From assembly GCA_026986575.1 (NCBI GenBank), contig JALSOH010000004.1, positions 1-64,000 on the forward strand: a DNA stretch of 64,000 nucleotides. The letters are read 5' to 3'. The notes under the pieces were generated by a model, which searched no databases, was not told the DNA's origin, and was given only the letters and a program-made list of their open reading frames with translations. The translations under genes and the position numbers were made by a program. This document shows, one piece after another, positions 63,217-64,000 of this stretch. This stretch comes from Thermoproteota archaeon. Lineage in GTDB: Archaea; Korarchaeota; Korarchaeia; Korarchaeales; Korarchaeaceae. Numbering within the stretch: the stretch's first letter is position 1; every line of letters starts with the position of its first letter.

Positions 63217-64000
63217 CTATGGCTTGGGGATGAATGTCAGCCTAGTAACATCTATGGCGTCCGACAGGGGTCGCGCGTTATCTAGCAGGTTGGCATACAC
63301 CGAGACTCCTGTAAGTGGTTCATCCGTGCCAATGTAAACGTAAGCAGCGTCCAGCATGGCGTTGGTGTAATTAACCCCCAGCTCCCTGAGTATCGAATCA
63401 ATCTCCCTCAAATCATCGGATGTGAGGGCCACCTTCTGCGTGTAGTCGAATTTCATTGTTATGAAAGAGTCACCCAAGTAAACGTATATGAAGCCCCAAG
63501 GGATTCTCTCGTAGATCTTCCACTTAAGCTGAGTGTAAAGGTACGCGCTCGGTTTGAGGCCGGGCACGTCAATGACCAGTGAGGACCTAGCCTTCACAAC
63601 CCTGACGCCGTACTCCCCCGCTACCTTTCCGCTTATTTCCTCAAGCTTGTCCGCTATCTTGCTAACACTGTCAGCCTTTATCGGATAGGTGTAGATCCTG
63701 ATGACTGAGGGGGCGGTCGTCTTGAAGGTTATTTTCGAGGCTGCTATGTCCTCCACGTAAGCATTCGGACCCCCGATGGTTATCCTCTTACCTTTGTACC
63801 ATCCAAAAAGTCTCGTCTCATAAGACCAAGTTATGAGGACATCATCATGGAACTCCGTCCCGTTGGTGGTCCACACGCCGTCTATCCTAGCCTCGACTAT
63901 GTATCCCATGGTGGAAAGTCTGGTGAACTCCAAGGCCGCATTTCTGATATTGAGGCCGGAGTACGCGTTGACCTCCTGAGGTGGGGGAAGTAGGTTCTCA
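63217..64000 (-). CDS. Hypothetical protein, probably extracellular (3' part; start lies outside the window)
   Basis: The frame stays open to the window edge (ENLLPPPQEVNAYSGLNIRNAAL...); NGT and NYT sequons. Confidence 0.65.
   Translation of the reverse strand, partial: ENLLPPPQEVNAYSGLNIRNAALEFTRLSTMGYIVEARIDGVWTTNGTEFHDDVLITWSYETRLFGWYKGKRITIGGPNAYVEDIAASKITFKTTAPSVIRIYTYPIKADSVSKIADKLEEISGKVAGEYGVRVVKARSSLVIDVPGLKPSAYLYTQLKWKIYERIPWGFIYVYLGDSFITMKFDYTQKVALTSDDLREIDSILRELGVNYTNAMLDAAYVYIGTDEPLTGVSVYANLLDNARPLSDAIDVTRLTFIPKP

Overview
A compact, hyperthermophile-like archaeal chromosome segment made almost entirely of core genes. The lineage is probably Korarchaeota (inference): it has unsplit RpoB, fused RpoA'A'', PolD DP2, Elf1, S30e and a Thermococcales/Methanococcales-type S-layer protein. 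In order, the window holds: the L14-L24-S4e-L5-S14-S8-L6-L32e-L19e ribosomal block; transporters and metabolic genes; feoAB with a DtxR-type operator; an XPB-like helicase and a GTPBP1-like GTPase; alaS and P1/L12; a four-gene cell-surface cluster around tRNA-Arg(TCT); a replication/translation super-operon (DP2, OB protein, PCNA, priL, priS, GINS, L44e, S27e, aIF2a, nop10); elf1; the RNA polymerase/str operon; glmS and a SlaB-like stalk candidate; C/D and H/ACA RNP genes; and two Wzy-like membrane proteins. I saw no mobile element, CRISPR array or rRNA. The most notable observations are a candidate S-layer assembly/anchoring system, a strongly divergent RNAP bridge helix and trigger loop, a probable ATT start codon for nusA, a C-terminally truncated Nop10, a candidate structured ncRNA at about 4045-4143, and a head-to-head trm1/NTPase pair with nested promoters. 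All product calls come from motif recognition by eye; no database searches were run.
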